A stretch of 64,000 bases of DNA from the NCBI RefSeq assembly GCF_048593235.1, contig NC_133622.1, forward strand, positions 251,228,055 through 251,292,054. Direction: 5' to 3'. The translations under genes were made by a program, and so were the position numbers. Source of the DNA: Sminthopsis crassicaudata (taxonomy: Eukaryota). Below are positions 45,994 through 59,216 of the stretch, piece by piece. How positions within the stretch are numbered: position 1 is the first letter of the stretch; every line of letters begins with the position of its first letter. The notes beneath the pieces were generated by a model, which made no database searches, was not told the origin of the DNA, and worked only from the letters and a program-made list of their open reading frames with translations.

Positions 45994-48588
45994 NGGGAGG
46001 TAGGAGGAAGAGAAAATAAATGCTTGTTAATTGCAAAAACAACTTTTTCCAAAAAGAATGATCTTTCTGTAATAAAACCCAGCTTCACTCATGTCCGACT
46101 TTTTGTGACCCATTTGGACTTTTCTTGCCATTTCCTCCTTCTTTTCATTTTACAGATAAGTAAACTGAGGCAAGCAGGGTGAAGTGACTTGTCCAGGCTC
46201 GCCCGGCCAGGAGGTGCCCGTGGCCACTCGCAGAGACCCAGCGGCTCATTTCAGCAGATTCAGCCCCTGGCGAGAAGGGGGAGAGTCCCCGGCCCGTTCT
46301 GCTGAGCTTTGGGCGATGAGAGTGGCTGCTTGAGACTGTGTCTTTTGGTCCCTTATTAAGGAGGAAAGGGCTCTGGGTTTGACTGTCGGGGCGGGAAGCT
46401 CAGGGCCCCCCTTCCCTGGAAGGCTTCCTCCTCCCTCTGCAGTCTCCCCTCTCCTGACTGGCCTCGGGACCCAAAGTGTTTCTGGGACCAGGCTGGGCCA
46501 GGTCGTCCTCTTTCTTTCCCCACTGGAAGAGCAAGCTGAGGTCCCAGCCCAGAAAACTCCTGGACTGCCAGCTGTTTCCGGGGTGCAAGTGGGAGAAAAC
46601 CCCTGCTCTTTGGGGGGCCGAGGCCGTGGCTGCCCTCTGTCCTGATTTGGGCTCTTTGAGCCACAAGGGACACATTCTTCCTTGGCAGATGGGGAACCGG
46701 AGGCCCGCGAGGAGTCAGGAGGGAAGCTCGGCCTTGGGTGCTAGGCTGCTCCCGTTCTCCCGTGTCTCGTCCTCCATCTTTGTAAGCCCCCCTCAGATGT
46801 CCATCCTGTGAGTCTCCTCAGGCCCCGCCCTCGCAGACAGTAATCACAGGGTCACTGGGGCCTGAATCCTGCCAGGCTCCTGGCGCCTGCGAGTGGGAAC
46901 CACCCCTTTAGGAGGAAGGGGATTCGTGACCCGGGGAGTGGATGGGGGATAAAATAGAACAACAACAAAGAAAACAAGGGCCTGGGCCCCCCAGCCTGCA
47001 AAGGGCCTTCCTCATGTGAGGATGGAGAAGACCCTTACCCAAGATGACTACTCAGAGATCACTCAGTAGAAGGCAGAAGTTTATTGAAAATCTCCGGAGG
47101 ATGAGCCCTCCGCTTTCCTGGGATCCTCTTCTGCCCTTTGGGTTTCCCAAGCCCCGTTGGGGCTCTGAGAGAGAAGGTGGAAGACTTGGATTTCTCTCCA
47201 GATTACTGAAGGGAAGAAGCCAGCTTGGGGGTCGGCAGCCCCCCCACATCCCTCTCCCTGGCTTGCTCTCTCTTGGAGATCCGGGGCTTTCCCGTGAGGA
47301 GCAAGCTCATTGGGCCCCCGGGGGCTTTGGGCTGGGGCTGCAATGGCTTCAGAGCAGTGAAGACCACGGCATCTCCTGCCGGACACGTGGACATCACGGG
47401 GAACGTCACTCAGCACAAGACCTGGGAATCGGGGCCGAATCAATGCACCAAGGCTATAAGCCTTGCTGTGGGACATGGGAAGTCAGGGCACCTGGCGGCG
47501 AAGGAGGCTGCCCGGCCCTCCCGGAGGAAAGCTCGGCTCCCCAAAAGCAGCTTCGGTAGCGGGAGGCAGGTTGGAGTCAGGGACCCTGGATTCGAATCGT
47601 CAACTGCCAGTGGCAGCTTTATGTCTCCGAGCATGTCCCTGGACCAAACCTGTCCTCAGTTTACCTCTTTGGGGGCTTTGCCAAAACCATCTCTCAGTTC
47701 CCTTTGGGCTCTAAATTCTAGGAGCAGCCCCTCCCCCCTGGCAGAGCCATCGAGCTTGGGCCCAAAGAACGGGCACCCCCGGGGGCGCAGGAAGCGCCCA
47801 ATGGAGGCTGGCTCCTTGGCGTCTCCCAGGGTTCCACCTGTCCCCCTCCTCCATCGTAGGGGCCAAAGGTCAGTTCTGAGAGGACCAGGGCCGGGGTGGG
47901 GGCCCTCATCCCAAACCTGGCCGCTCTCCCCCTGCGTCTGGGGGATCAGGCAGCCAGCATTGAGTGATCACCGTGTGCCCTGAGGATGCTCAGGCTCCCA
48001 GGCTCCTCCTCCTGGAACGGGGCATGGGAGAATATTCCTGGGCTCTGCTGCTTGGAGTCAGAATCTGGGCGACGTCACCAGGTTGCTTATTAGGGGTCTG
48101 TATCAGTAAACCTGAGGCTGCTGCTTCTCCTGGGTGATAAGTCCCACAATGTCTGCCTGTGTGGGTGACTGGGATATTAGCTGCACACTCCCCAGTTTCC
48201 CACATCCGTGTATGGATGGACACTGTTTTGTAAGTGCTCTCAGGAGGTGGAATGGTCACCCCTACAGTGCCTGGAGGCAAGGGATCCATAGGCTGGAGAG
48301 GAGCAGATTTCACCCCTGAAAGGGGGAGCCCCCTCCCGCTCCGGGGGCTCTGGGAGGGGGGGCCGAGGGCCCAGGGTGCTGCGTTCCAGGAGGAGGGAGA
48401 CAGGAACAGTAGTTTCCATCCAGCCCGAGGCTGGGGAGGGAGGCGGCCCAGGACCTGTCGGGCAGCTCCTAGGGGTGGAGAAGGAGGGGGAGGGGACTCC
48501 CCGGCGCCCGGGGGTGGGGCTCCCAGAGCAGGTAAAAGGCTCTGGCCGGCCTGCTCCCCTGAGCTCCCAAGGCCTGCCCATAGCCGAG

Positions 48589-50267
48589 ATGCTGGTGCCG
48601 CTGCTGGTGCTGTGTGTCGCCTCCCTGAGCCTGCCCGTGGCCCACGGGGACCAGGGGAGCAGCGACGGGCCCCGGCCGGGGAACCTGCTGGGCGCCCGCA
48701 TCCCCGTGTCCACCAGCAGCCCCGAGGTGAAGGAGTACGCCCAGCTGGCCGTGGAGACCTTCAACACCGGCAGCAACAGCATGTACTACTTCAGGGACAC
48801 CAAAGTCCTCAAGGCCGAGAAGCAGGTGAGGGGCCCCGGCCGGCGGGGGTGGGGCAGGCGGGTCTGGGGGCTCAGGGGCCAGACCCTCGTCCTGGCGGCC
48901 CCTGGGAGGGTCAGGTGGGTGAGGGGCTCAGAGGGCCAGGAGCCCCAGCTGGGTTTGGGGATCTCCCTCGGGGCCGTGAGTCAGTCTGTCTGGGGGATTC
49001 CCAGGAAAGGGCCCGACCCTCAGGCTGGACTCTCCACTGAGGCAGCGTGGTTAGAGTGGGGAGGAAGGGGAACTTGAGGCTCCGTCGAAGACAAATTTTC
49101 AGTCCTTAGAAGGGACCAAAGCACTGCCCGGGAAGGTAGTGAGCTCCCCAGCCCCAGAGGTCTGCAAGGCGGCTCGCAGAGTACCTGGGGGACGCGGCAG
49201 GGGCTCAGGGCCCCGGTGGGTGGCTTCGGGGTCCCTTCCAGCAGGCTTGGCGGGGTGGCCGGCCCCCCGCCTGATCCAGGGACTGCTGTGTCTAGCTTGT
49301 GTCTGGCATCAAATACTTCCTGACCATGGAGATTAGGAACACCGAGTGCCGGAAGGGCGCCGATACGGGCGAGGGAGTGAACTTGACCCAGTGCCCATTC
49401 TCCGCAGAGCAGCAGGTAAGAGCCGCAAAGGGGCCTGGGTCCTCCCAAGCCACCCTGACTCCAGAGCAAAGCCTGGGGGGGAGGGCTCAACAGTCCTGCA
49501 AGCAGGGGTCTCCTGAGACCCCAGGATCCACCTCAGAGAGGCTACATCCAGCTGGGGACAATGTCAGAGTGTGAGCACATATGGCTGTGGGTGGGAGCTC
49601 ATGTGACTGAGAAGAATCAGGGACCAGATGCCTTTGTCAGACTAGGGCGCCCCTGCCTTCTTCCCCCAGCCCCCTGGACAGTGGAGGAGGGGCTGAGGGG
49701 TTGGGGAGGGGGGCCGCTGATTCAGATCCTGATGCTGCCATCTCCTATCTGGGAGACTGAGCCATTCCCCCCCCATTCAGCCTCAGTTTCCCCTCCTGTA
49801 AGCTGGCCTCTCAGGTCCCTTCCAGCCCTAAGCCCATGGTCCTGACTGGTCCTGGGGCAGCTGGGCCCAGGCGGAGGCTGACGGCTCCCCGAGGAGGCTC
49901 TCAGCATCCCTTCACCCCGTTCTAGGGGAGGTCCCAGGCCGTGGCCTCCTCCTTCCCCAGAACCTTCTGGGCCGAGCCCGGATGAGCACACAATCAAAGG
50001 GCTTCCTGCTCTCGCCCCTGCCCCGGGTTTCCCCTTCCAGCCTCTGGCGCAGCTGCCCTCTGCCCATCCCCAGCCGGCCGGGCGGCCTCTGCAGGGACTC
50101 CCTGAGACAAAGGGGGCGAGGATCTGGGGGGCCTGAGAGGGAGGGGGACGCTCTCCATTCTTCGGCTCTGTCTGTTCCCCCAGAATTTCCGCTGTGACTT
50201 TGAGATCCTGCAGGTTCCCTGGAAAAACCAGACCACGGTCGAGAAGTTCTCCTGTCTGCCCGCCTAA
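48589..50267 (+). CDS. CST6: Cystatin E/M (type 2 cystatin), 3 exons, 146 aa
   Basis: Exons 48589-48825, 49296-49415, 50184-50267. Features: signal peptide [20 protein letters not shown], conserved N-terminal Gly (LLG), [15 protein letters not shown] (QxVxG), VPW loop, four Cys. TAAAAG TATA-like element at about 48533; AATAAA at 50379. Synteny between BANF1 and CATSPER1 supports the call. Confidence 0.93.
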
Positions 50268-52817
50268 GCCCTGGCCCAGCATGGGGGGAGGGGGGCGCCT
50301 GCAGAGGAAGATGGGACAGGCGGGGAGGGGGGGGGATCTTCCAGGCCCTGGAGATTGAACAGCAGCCTTGGCTGTCTGAATAAACGGATAAACCCATTGC
50401 CTTCTCTGCTCACTGCGAGCCCCCAAGTGAGGACCAGGGGGAGGGGGGCAGGAACATCCCAGGACGGTCACGAGCCTTTAGGGCTAATGCTGCGCCCGGT
50501 GCTGGGCGTGAAAACGGGTGAACCCCAGCTTCTCTCAACCCTATTTTTCCAATTCCACAAAAAGAGAGATTTCAGATTCATTTTTGTAAGATTTTGGGTT
50601 CCCAAGGTTTCCTCCCCCTCCCCTCTTGGCTCCCCCCCAGCCCGCTTATCAGGGAGTGGAGTTCTGCTGGAAGAAGGGCCCAGGAGGCCAGGCCCAGGAG
50701 CCCTGCAGGGCCAGACTGGGCTGCCCCGAGCTCTGCTTTAAGGGGGCTTAATGGGGGGAGGGCTTGTTAGGACTTCATGGGGGGGGGTTCCCTGGTCCTT
50801 TTTCCCAGAATCCAGCTGCCTGCAGAGCTGCACACACACGCACACACACACAAAGGTTCCTGGGAAGACCGCCACTAGCCCTCTGGCGGCCAAAGTGGAG
50901 CTAGGAAACGGGCACTGGGCGGGGGGGCCTCTGCCTGTGACTGCCCTGGCCAGGTGCCCCTGCCCTCCAGCAGAGATTCCCTGCTGCCCAAAGCTTAAAC
51001 CCCTGCAGGCTCCTGGGAGGCTCCCCGTGGGCCCCTCCAGCTCCCTCCCTTGGGCCCTCCCTGGTGGTTCACCATTAGCCTCCGGGAACAGGGCTCGCAC
51101 TGGGGGCAGGGGGTGGGGGGAGGCAGACCTGGCTGGCCCAGGAGATGTCTCAGAGCCTTCTAGGCCCAACAGCAGGCAGGGGAGGAAGGCTCAGGATGGG
51201 GGGGGACCCCGAACAGGACGTCTGACAGGGGAAAGAGGGCTGTGATGGGTCCTGGCTAGGTTCCCGTACTTCCTCCTCAGGGCCGCCCACCGTCTTCTTC
51301 CTTTCCAATTTCCGCTGGCATCCTCCCTTTCCTCCCTTTCCTCCCTCTCGCTTCCTCTCTCCTCCTTTGTCCCTCCTGGTGCCCTCAAGCCGTCATTTGT
51401 CACCTAGGGCAGAGCCGGTCCCACCCTGAGATTCAAAGCTGAAAGGGCCCCTAGCTAATTGCAGGGCCCAGCATACAGCAGGTACTTAATAAGTACTCAC
51501 TGAATTGGATCCAACTGAAGCCATTCTGAGCTCCAGGCTCATCGGCCTAGGTCCCCAGCAGCGAGGTTCAGGCCCCTCATGGGGCGGGATGGAGGGGGGA
51601 AACAAGGTCCTATGGCAATGGCGGGACGTCCAAGTGGATGCTCCAGCCCCTTTATTCACCCATCCCGGACCCGGCAGCCCTGGTCCGCTGCGGCCTTCAG
51701 GCCCCTCCCGAGCACCCGCCGTGCCGGTGCCTGGCCCTGAGTGGCCATCCCTGGCCATTTGCACACCTGGCTGTGGGCGGGGCCCCTGCCCGGCCCATGT
51801 CATCACTGGCTCCCTGGGCATTGGGCACAATACTCTGGCCTGGTGACAAGTGACTCAGGCCCAGCTGACGCCTGGCCCGTGGCCATCACTCTGAGTAACA
51901 GGGTTCTCCCTGGCTCCGGGGCCTAGGAGAGCTGGGGCTCATCACCCCGGAGTGGGGGGGAGTCCTTCCCGCATGGTAGGTTTGGGGCACACTGACCACA
52001 CGGGGAGGTCTGCCCCGCTCTGAGTCTTGGGCCTTCCTTAGCCCCAGCCCTGCCCTTCTGGGGCCAGGTGTCAATGAGCATCCCTCAGCTTGAGGCAGCA
52101 GGGATGGTCTGTCCCAGGCCGAGCGGGGGCCTCCAGCCTCCCGCGAGACCTCCTGGGAGGCAGCTCCCTCCCGCCCGCCCACAGCGGCTCATTTTACCTG
52201 GGATATTCCTGCCGTTTACCAGCAGCTGGCCGTGGGTACAGTGGGAAGGGGGCAAGCCCTGGAGGCAGGCAAAATGGAGTTCAAAGCTGGCCTCAGACTT
52301 ACTAGCTGGATCACTTTACCTGTCTGCCTCAGTTTCCTCATCTATAAAATGGGGCTCTTGTTTCCCAGGATTGATGGGAGGCTTAAATGAGAAAACAGTC
52401 ACAGAACTTCAAGTCTCCTAAGAGTTAGCTTTCGTACCTGCTGCTCTTCTCCCCCTCCCCAACCCAGGGCGTCCCCCAGCTGCTCTTGTCTCTGCCCTCT
52501 GGAGTCTGGGACTCCTGGGCCACAGGCTGACCGCTCTATGGACTGCCCACGCCACAGGCTGCAATGAGGCTCTGATGGGGAAGCCGCACAAGCCGGGCTC
52601 CCTTGGCCGGAAAACCGGGGGGAGGGCGGCTGTGGGGGGGGCGGGGGTCTCTCCTACAAGCCCACTGATTTGCAGCCAGGAAGGAGACAAGAGCTTAGAA
52701 AGAGACTTCAGGACTCTATTGGAATGCGGCTTCCGGGCAGTCCCAGGCCTGCGGCCGGCCCCAAGGCCACAAAGGGCGGAAGTGGATCCACTTCCGGTCA
52801 CTCAGCGACTTCTCCAT

Positions 52818-55800
52818 TCACTTCTTGTAATCTTCTTCTCCGGCCTGAGAGGAAGGAGGGGGGGGGTCAGGGCTGAGCCAGAGGAACCCGCCACCCCCAG
52901 GGTCCCCAGCTCACCTCGAAAACCCTGTCGATGATCTCATCGATGACGGCCGCCTGCGAGCGGAACACCTGCTGGTGGTGCTCCACGGCCGCCATCAGCT
53001 GCAGGTAGTGGAACAATTGGTTCTGCTGTCTGGGAGACAGAGGCACAGGGGGCCCTCAGCTGGGGGGGCAGCTCCCCAGAACGGGGACCCCCGGGCTTTC
53101 CTCTGGCAGCTTGTGCGAGGATTATTGCTCCCCGGTTACGGACCAGGAAACTGAGGGCCACAGAGGAGAGCGGGCTTGCTCCAATGGCAGAGGACCAGAG
53201 CTGCCAGAGCTGGGGGACATGCAGGGGCACACAGGGCGTGTCTAGAGGGGCAGCAGCAGGGGGTCTCCTCGGCTGTCCCACCCCCACAGCCTTCTCCGAC
53301 ACTGGTGGGGCCCAAGAGCCGTGGGCCCAGGCTCCCAGCCTCGCTGAGCGGCTGCTCCAGAATGAGGCTGCGCGCCAGGTGACTGGGCTCTGAGGTCCCC
53401 TCCCAGCTCGCACTCTGTTCTCTGATTTTCCATGTTCTAAGGCCCCCCCCCGCTCTGACATCGTCTGCTCTCTAAGGGGCCCCCAGCTTTGATAGGCCCC
53501 TTCCAATTCTACCATTTCTGGTTCCAAGCCCTCCCCATGCCGAGGTTCTTTGTTCTCTGTTTTCGAGTCTCCCAGGCCCAAAGTTTGACTGTTCTACAAA
53601 CCATTAAGGTTGGGCTGGAAAACCCTTCTGCCCCCCAAGCCAGACAAGCTGGGGGCCGGGCAGAGACCTCTCTGTCTCAGAAGGGGGCCCAGGAGTGGGG
53701 CACGGCGCAGGCTGCCGCCTTTAGACCCAGGACCCTTCCTTGCAGCCTTTTAGGCTCCCCCCTCAAGGGAAGCTCAGCCCCTGGGGATGGGGAGGGCTCA
53801 GAGCATGAAGGAGCCTTCAGATTTTAGGAGAAAGTGGGAACACTGTTCCCACAATACTCTCCCCCACTAACTATCCTAGCCCCAGGGATAGCCGGCATCC
53901 TGGATCCCAGACGCCTGTGCCTTAGGGGATGCAGTTCAGAGCACTGAGAAGCCTTGAGGTCGAAGGGTTGATTCGACTCCTGATCCTGAGCCTTTTCCCC
54001 ATTTCTGACCCAAGGCAAGCTCCTTTCCCATTCTGGGCCTCAGTTTACCCTTTATAAAATGAGGGCCCCATCTCCCCAGTGACTCAAGTTCCTAAGGGCC
54101 AAAGCCATTTCTTTTCCCTTAGCCCAGAGCCTCAGGCCCCCAGGTCCTTCCCCCAGTGGCTCCTGCCTCCTTTCCCCTCTTGGTCCACTGACCCCCCTGA
54201 CCCTGGTCTTCCTGACGGCTCCCCAAGCGCCCAGCCCCCGGAGCTTCTCCTTACGATTCTGTCAGGTCCCCATATTTTTTCTCAATTATCTTCATTTGTA
54301 GAGAAGTTCCGCTCAAATTCTCCTCCGGTTCTGTGAAGAGAGGTGGCCAGAAAATGGGGGAGAGGCCAGGGTCCAGGCTGATGGGAGGGGGTTCCAGCAG
54401 GGCCTCTGGGCCTGGAAATGCCCCTCTCCGGCACCGGCTGCCTCCGGGAGTCTAGGAGGCTCAAGAAAGGGGGGGACGTAGCCAGCGGGTTCCGAGGCGT
54501 CGATACCTTTCTCGAGGATGGTCAGCGACTCGTCCAGAAGGCGCTCGTGCATCCGGGCCACTTTCTGGGGAGCCAATTGGAGGAGAGGAGTCACTTCTTC
54601 CCTCCCCGGAGAGAGTCCTAGGGGAAGGAGGTGGTCTCCCTGGCAGGGGTGGAGGCCCTGGGGGGGGGGGTGGCTTGCATCCTTGGCTAAATGCCTGTCT
54701 GGCTGTTTCTGTCCTGGAGGGCGCTCAGGGGAGGTTGGGATGAAAACAAGAGGAAAACACGGGCTTTCGTCAGAGGGACTGCAATGGAGGGTGTGGGCTG
54801 CGCAACCTGGGATGTGGGCGTCCATGGGACTTGGTGGGGACCCTCAGCCCTTGACCCCTCGCTGGGACGGGGGCTGCAGCCTGGGAGCCTTCCCTCCCCC
54901 AGCCCAGGACTAGGCCGGCAGAGAAATGACACAGGGCAGGTGGAGCTCCTGGCTGCGGAGGCCATCTTTCTGGCCGGGGCCCCTAGTAAAGCTGGCGTCC
55001 CCCTCAGCTCCATGGCTGGCACATAGTGGGTATTGCCACCCCCGTACCTTCTGCTTCTCCTTTTCCAGTCCCTTGAGTAAGGCCATCTGGAAGTTGTCCA
55101 CCAGCACCGCGATCACCAGGCTACAAGACACGGGATGAGGTCTGAGGCCCCGGGAGCAGGGGCAGGGCCACACAGGGAGGGCATGGGGGGCAGGGGCTCC
55201 CCGGCGGACTCCTAGGCAGAACTGGGGCTGAGCTGGGGCTTGTCTGAGGAGAGGGGCACGGGCCTGAGGCCCAGAAGAGGAGGTTGGGAAGGCCCTGGGG
55301 GGGAGGGGGGCAGCCAGGGACTGGGGAGCCAGGGTGGGGAGGGGAGAGGGGGCTTGGTTTCTCACTTGAGGAAAATGAAGTATTGTATAATAATGTAGAT
55401 CATGAGGATGGGAACGATGTACCAGGCACCTGGGGGAGGAAATTTTGTACTCAGAGACTGAGGCAAGTCATGGGAAGGATGCCCATAGCTGGAGAGGAGC
55501 AAGAGGGGGGTGGGAAGTGGGGGACTACCCCCTGAGAGTTTATCATCTTAATTTTTCTTTCTAATTGGATGCTGTCACTTTTCTGGATCAGCCCTCTTTG
55601 AATTTTTTTTTATTAATTTTATAATTATAACATTTTTTTGACAGTACATATGCATAGGTAATTTTTTTTTTTACAACATTATCCCTTGTACTCCTTTCTG
55701 TTCCAAATTTTTCCCCTCCTTCCCTCCACCCCCTCCCCTAGATGGCAGGCATTCCCATACGTATTAAATATCTTATAGTATATCCCAGGTACAATATATA

Positions 55801-58800
55801 TGTGCAGAACCGGATTTTGTTGTTGTTGTTGTTGTTGTTGCAAAGGAAGAATTGTATTCGGAAGCCCCCTTTGAATTTTGCATTCTGGGCCACAGTCCCC
55901 ATTGTCTCACCCTAGTTACCACTCCTGCTCCGAAGCTCCCAAGACCGGTGCAACTTCCCACCTTGCTGGACCCCAACCCCCCTCCAAGGCCCCTTCCCGC
56001 TACCTTTCGCTCGGCTGGACAAGTAGATGAGGGACCAGTCATCCAGCGTGAGCATAGTAAAAAGTGTGAAGATGGTGGTGAAGATGTTCTGGAAGCGCTT
56101 GGGGTCCGATTGGTTGAAGAGGGATCGGAATATCACTGAGAAGAAGACTGGGGAGGCTAAGGCGGCCCCAAGGCCCTTGCAGTGTTGGCCAGCCCTCCAC
56201 CTCTGCCCAGCCTCAGATGCCGCCCCCCCAGCCTCCCACCTCCTGTGGCCCTGCCATCCCCCTCCCTCCCCAGCTCCCTCCTGGGCAGATACAGAGGCAG
56301 GTGAACATCAGGACAAGGATGGCCCCGATGGATGGCAGCGACCTGGCCAGTGTCCCCGTCACCTCCTGGAGGTTGTTGAGGAAGCTGAAAGCAGGAGGAG
56401 ACGAGGCGGTCAGAGGGCCTGGCCAGGCTCCCCGGGGGCTTCAGAGAACCTTGGAATTAGGGAGGGTCTGAGGCCAAAGGCAAGGGGTCAGGGCAGGGAG
56501 ACCCCCTTAGAGCCCAGGGTGGAGAACGGCTGACCTAGGAGAAGAGGAGAAAAAGCTGGGAGGAACCTTGGAGCTGAGGACCTAGAACCCAGAAAACCCT
56601 AGATTTCCAGGGAGAAGCTGCCTAGCGGGCTTGTAACCCAATCCTTCCATTTTATAGATGGGGAAACTGAGGAATGTGGCTATTCATTCAGGAATAAGGT
56701 CATAGATTCGCATCTAGAAGAGTCATTTAGAATCATCTGTTAATTCAGTGGCTCTCAGACTTTGGTTCTTGGCGTCTTTTTGTGATTAAAAATTATTGAG
56801 GATCGTCCAAAGAGCTTTTGATTTTGTGGGTTCTTTTTGTGGGATCCAAGAGCCCAGCTGGCCCTCACCTGAGCCTGCGGAGCACCATGACGGCCCTCAG
56901 TGCTCGGAGGCTTTTGAAGATCTTGAGGATGCCGAAGACGGTCTTGCTGTGGGCCATTCTTGTGACAGACGAGAAGTAGATCTGCTTGAGTATGAAGTCC
57001 ACCATGGCCATGACCATGATGAAGAAATCTGAGGGGGCAGGGGCACAGCGCCCATCTCAAGAGCCCGCCCTGCAAAGCTCCAGCCCCTCATGGTGCAGGT
57101 GACCTGCCTCCCTTAGGCTGGGGAAGCACCCACCCCTCTTCTAGCGCTTGAACCTCCCCAGTCACCCTGGGAGAGAGTTACCTCAGGCGTTATATGCATG
57201 AGGAAGCTGGGATTTAAGAAAAATGAGCTGTCTGGGGGTTGCATGGTTGGTCAGTGCTGAAGGTGGAATTTGCACCCAGGTCTTCTGGGCTCTAGGATTC
57301 AGTGTTCTGACCACTAGCCAGGGGGTCTCCATCAGAAAAGCAAGCTCCTGGGCAAGGTGGCGGAACCTCTTTTCCCTAAATCTGGAGCCCCTATTGGTAC
57401 TCCCCCTCTATTCCATCCAGCCCCTTTCCCCAGCTGGAAGACCATTCCCTGCAGGACCTGCCAATTCATTACTACCGCCACTCCATGGCGGGTTCCTCCC
57501 CTGCTTGTTCCTAACCTCCTCCAACCCTCCTCCCATCCAAGCCCTCCCCACCTCACCCACCTAGGCTGTTCCAAGAATCAAAGTAGCCTATTCCCATGAC
57601 TATGATCTTTAGGAAAGCCTCCATGAAGTAGATGCAGAGGAAGATCGAGTCAAAAGCTGTGAAGTACCATTCTGTGGGGAGGGGGGGGGGAGATCCTCCA
57701 TGTCAGTGCAGGTCTCAGCCCCCACACACACTTCCTCCCTCTGCCCTGACCCAACCACCTCCTGGCTCTCCTCAGGCAGGATTCCCAGTAACCCCGAGGA
57801 ATCGTCTTTCTAGGACAAATAGTCTTCTGACAGTTATATCTCCCTCTTAGATATTAAATCCCAAATGACATGTTCCGGATTGACTTAACAGTCGCTTTAT
57901 TTTTCTTTCAAGATATAAGTGGGCTGAAATTCCCCCATTCTCTTCCCCTTTCCCTTTATTCTCATCTTCCTCCCCCGCTCTTTTTCCTCCTCTTCCTCCT
58001 CCTCCAGGAAGCTGGAGACGGAGCAGCTAGTCCTAATGGGCTCCCTGGTCACTTCTAGCGGCCCCCCGAGTTTCAGAACCAGACCGGATCAGGTAGCGTC
58101 TCTCTCAGCCCCTGCCAAGGATGCTCACCTCCCCAGATCTCCACCTCAGCAAAGGTCTGGACCACCAGGATGATGGTGTTTAAACAGACCACGATGAAGA
58201 TGAAGATTTCAAAGCCGAGGCTCTCCACCAGGACGGCCAGCATGGACTGGATGTGGAGAAAGACTTCAAAGATCTTCCAGCAGCACTTGTGGAGGAGCTC
58301 GTTGGTGGCCATCTGCTTCTTGTGGGTCCGCTGCATCCTCACTACAAGGTGGGAGTTTGGGACAGAAGGAGGTCAGGCCCTGGGCACTGACTGTGCCGAG
58401 CCTCATTCTGCTCGGTGGGCGCCCCGACGGGGGCTCGGAGATCATCAGTAACCGAGCGGGCGGCAGCTCTGGCACCGTCCCCGTCAGAGAGGCAGACGGG
58501 CATGCGGCCCCTGGCTCCCTCTCAGACTCACCTACTTAAATCTGGAAGAGACCGACCCCTTCACTGTACACAGAGAATATGAGCCGTGATGTGAAGGAGC
58601 CTCTGCCTGCCGGGCCCCAGCCTGGCTTTTAAAGTGTAACACAAGACAATGGGAGGGCAGCCCCAAAGACACTTGGGGGAGGGCTTAGGCCATATTAATG
58701 CTGGGCACAAGGGCACCAAGCCAAACACTGGGCAGCGATGCTTTTCTGTCTTGAGATCAGGAACAGCCGTGCCCTTCACAGCACCCTAATATTCCCTTGA

Positions 58801-59216
58801 CTCTGACTGAGATAGAGGTTGGGGAGCCGTGACACACTTCCACTGGCTCCATCAGAGTGCCCGAAGGGCTCCAGGGAGCAGGATCCAGAAGCGGGTACTC
58901 CTGGGTGGAAGGGAGGGGCCGAGCCGGGGTTCCCAGGCCTAGGGATCGATAGGCGGATTGTCTTACTTCTCCTCATCTTTAGGCGGTGATCTTGTTCCCA
59001 GTTTTGCCCCATGGAGCTGTACGATGGCTGAATTCGGCTGCTACTTCGAGAGGGCTTGCTCTTTAGGCTCCAGGATCGGGGAGTGTGCTTCATATGCACA
59101 GTTCTGCTATGTGACACACCAGAGGCAATGGAAGAGGGTGCTGGAAGAGTAGCAGCCTGGGACTCTGGGGTCTCGACCTCCCTCCGGATCTCCTCTGGAA
59201 CCGTTAAGTAATTCAT
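52818..59216 (-). CDS. CATSPER1: Cation channel sperm-associated protein 1, 12 coding exons, about 460 aa
   Basis: Minus-strand exons: 59216-58967, 58341-58129, 57671-57561, 57028-56869, 56384-56293, 56147-56004, 55429-55366, 55120-55048, 54564-54507, 54330-54255, 53029-52915, 52844-52818 (1383 nt, GT-AG, phases consistent). Peptides: S1 FEIFIFIVVCLNT, S4 LKIFKSLRALRA, pore FTMLTLDDWSLIY, S6 IIIQYFIFLNLVIAVLVDNF, C-terminus AGEEDYKK-stop. The start codon and first exon are less certain than exons 2-12. Confidence 0.92.
55605..55860 (-). mobile_element. LINE-1 3' UTR fragment with (TTG)n, in CATSPER1 intron 6
   Basis: Poly(T)-led CATATGCATAGGTAATT...CCCCTAGATGGCAGG is closely similar to the 43290 element and to the reverse complement of 61700-61920. 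Confidence 0.7.

Noticed and set aside
45255-46182. ORFs spanning 45.3-46.2 kb and 63.1-63.4 kb
   Set aside because: Inflated by N runs translated as X.
58527-58560. Alternative CATSPER1 exon-1 donor (AG|GTGAGT at 58531)
   Set aside because: In the required phase it has an in-frame TAA two codons before the junction.
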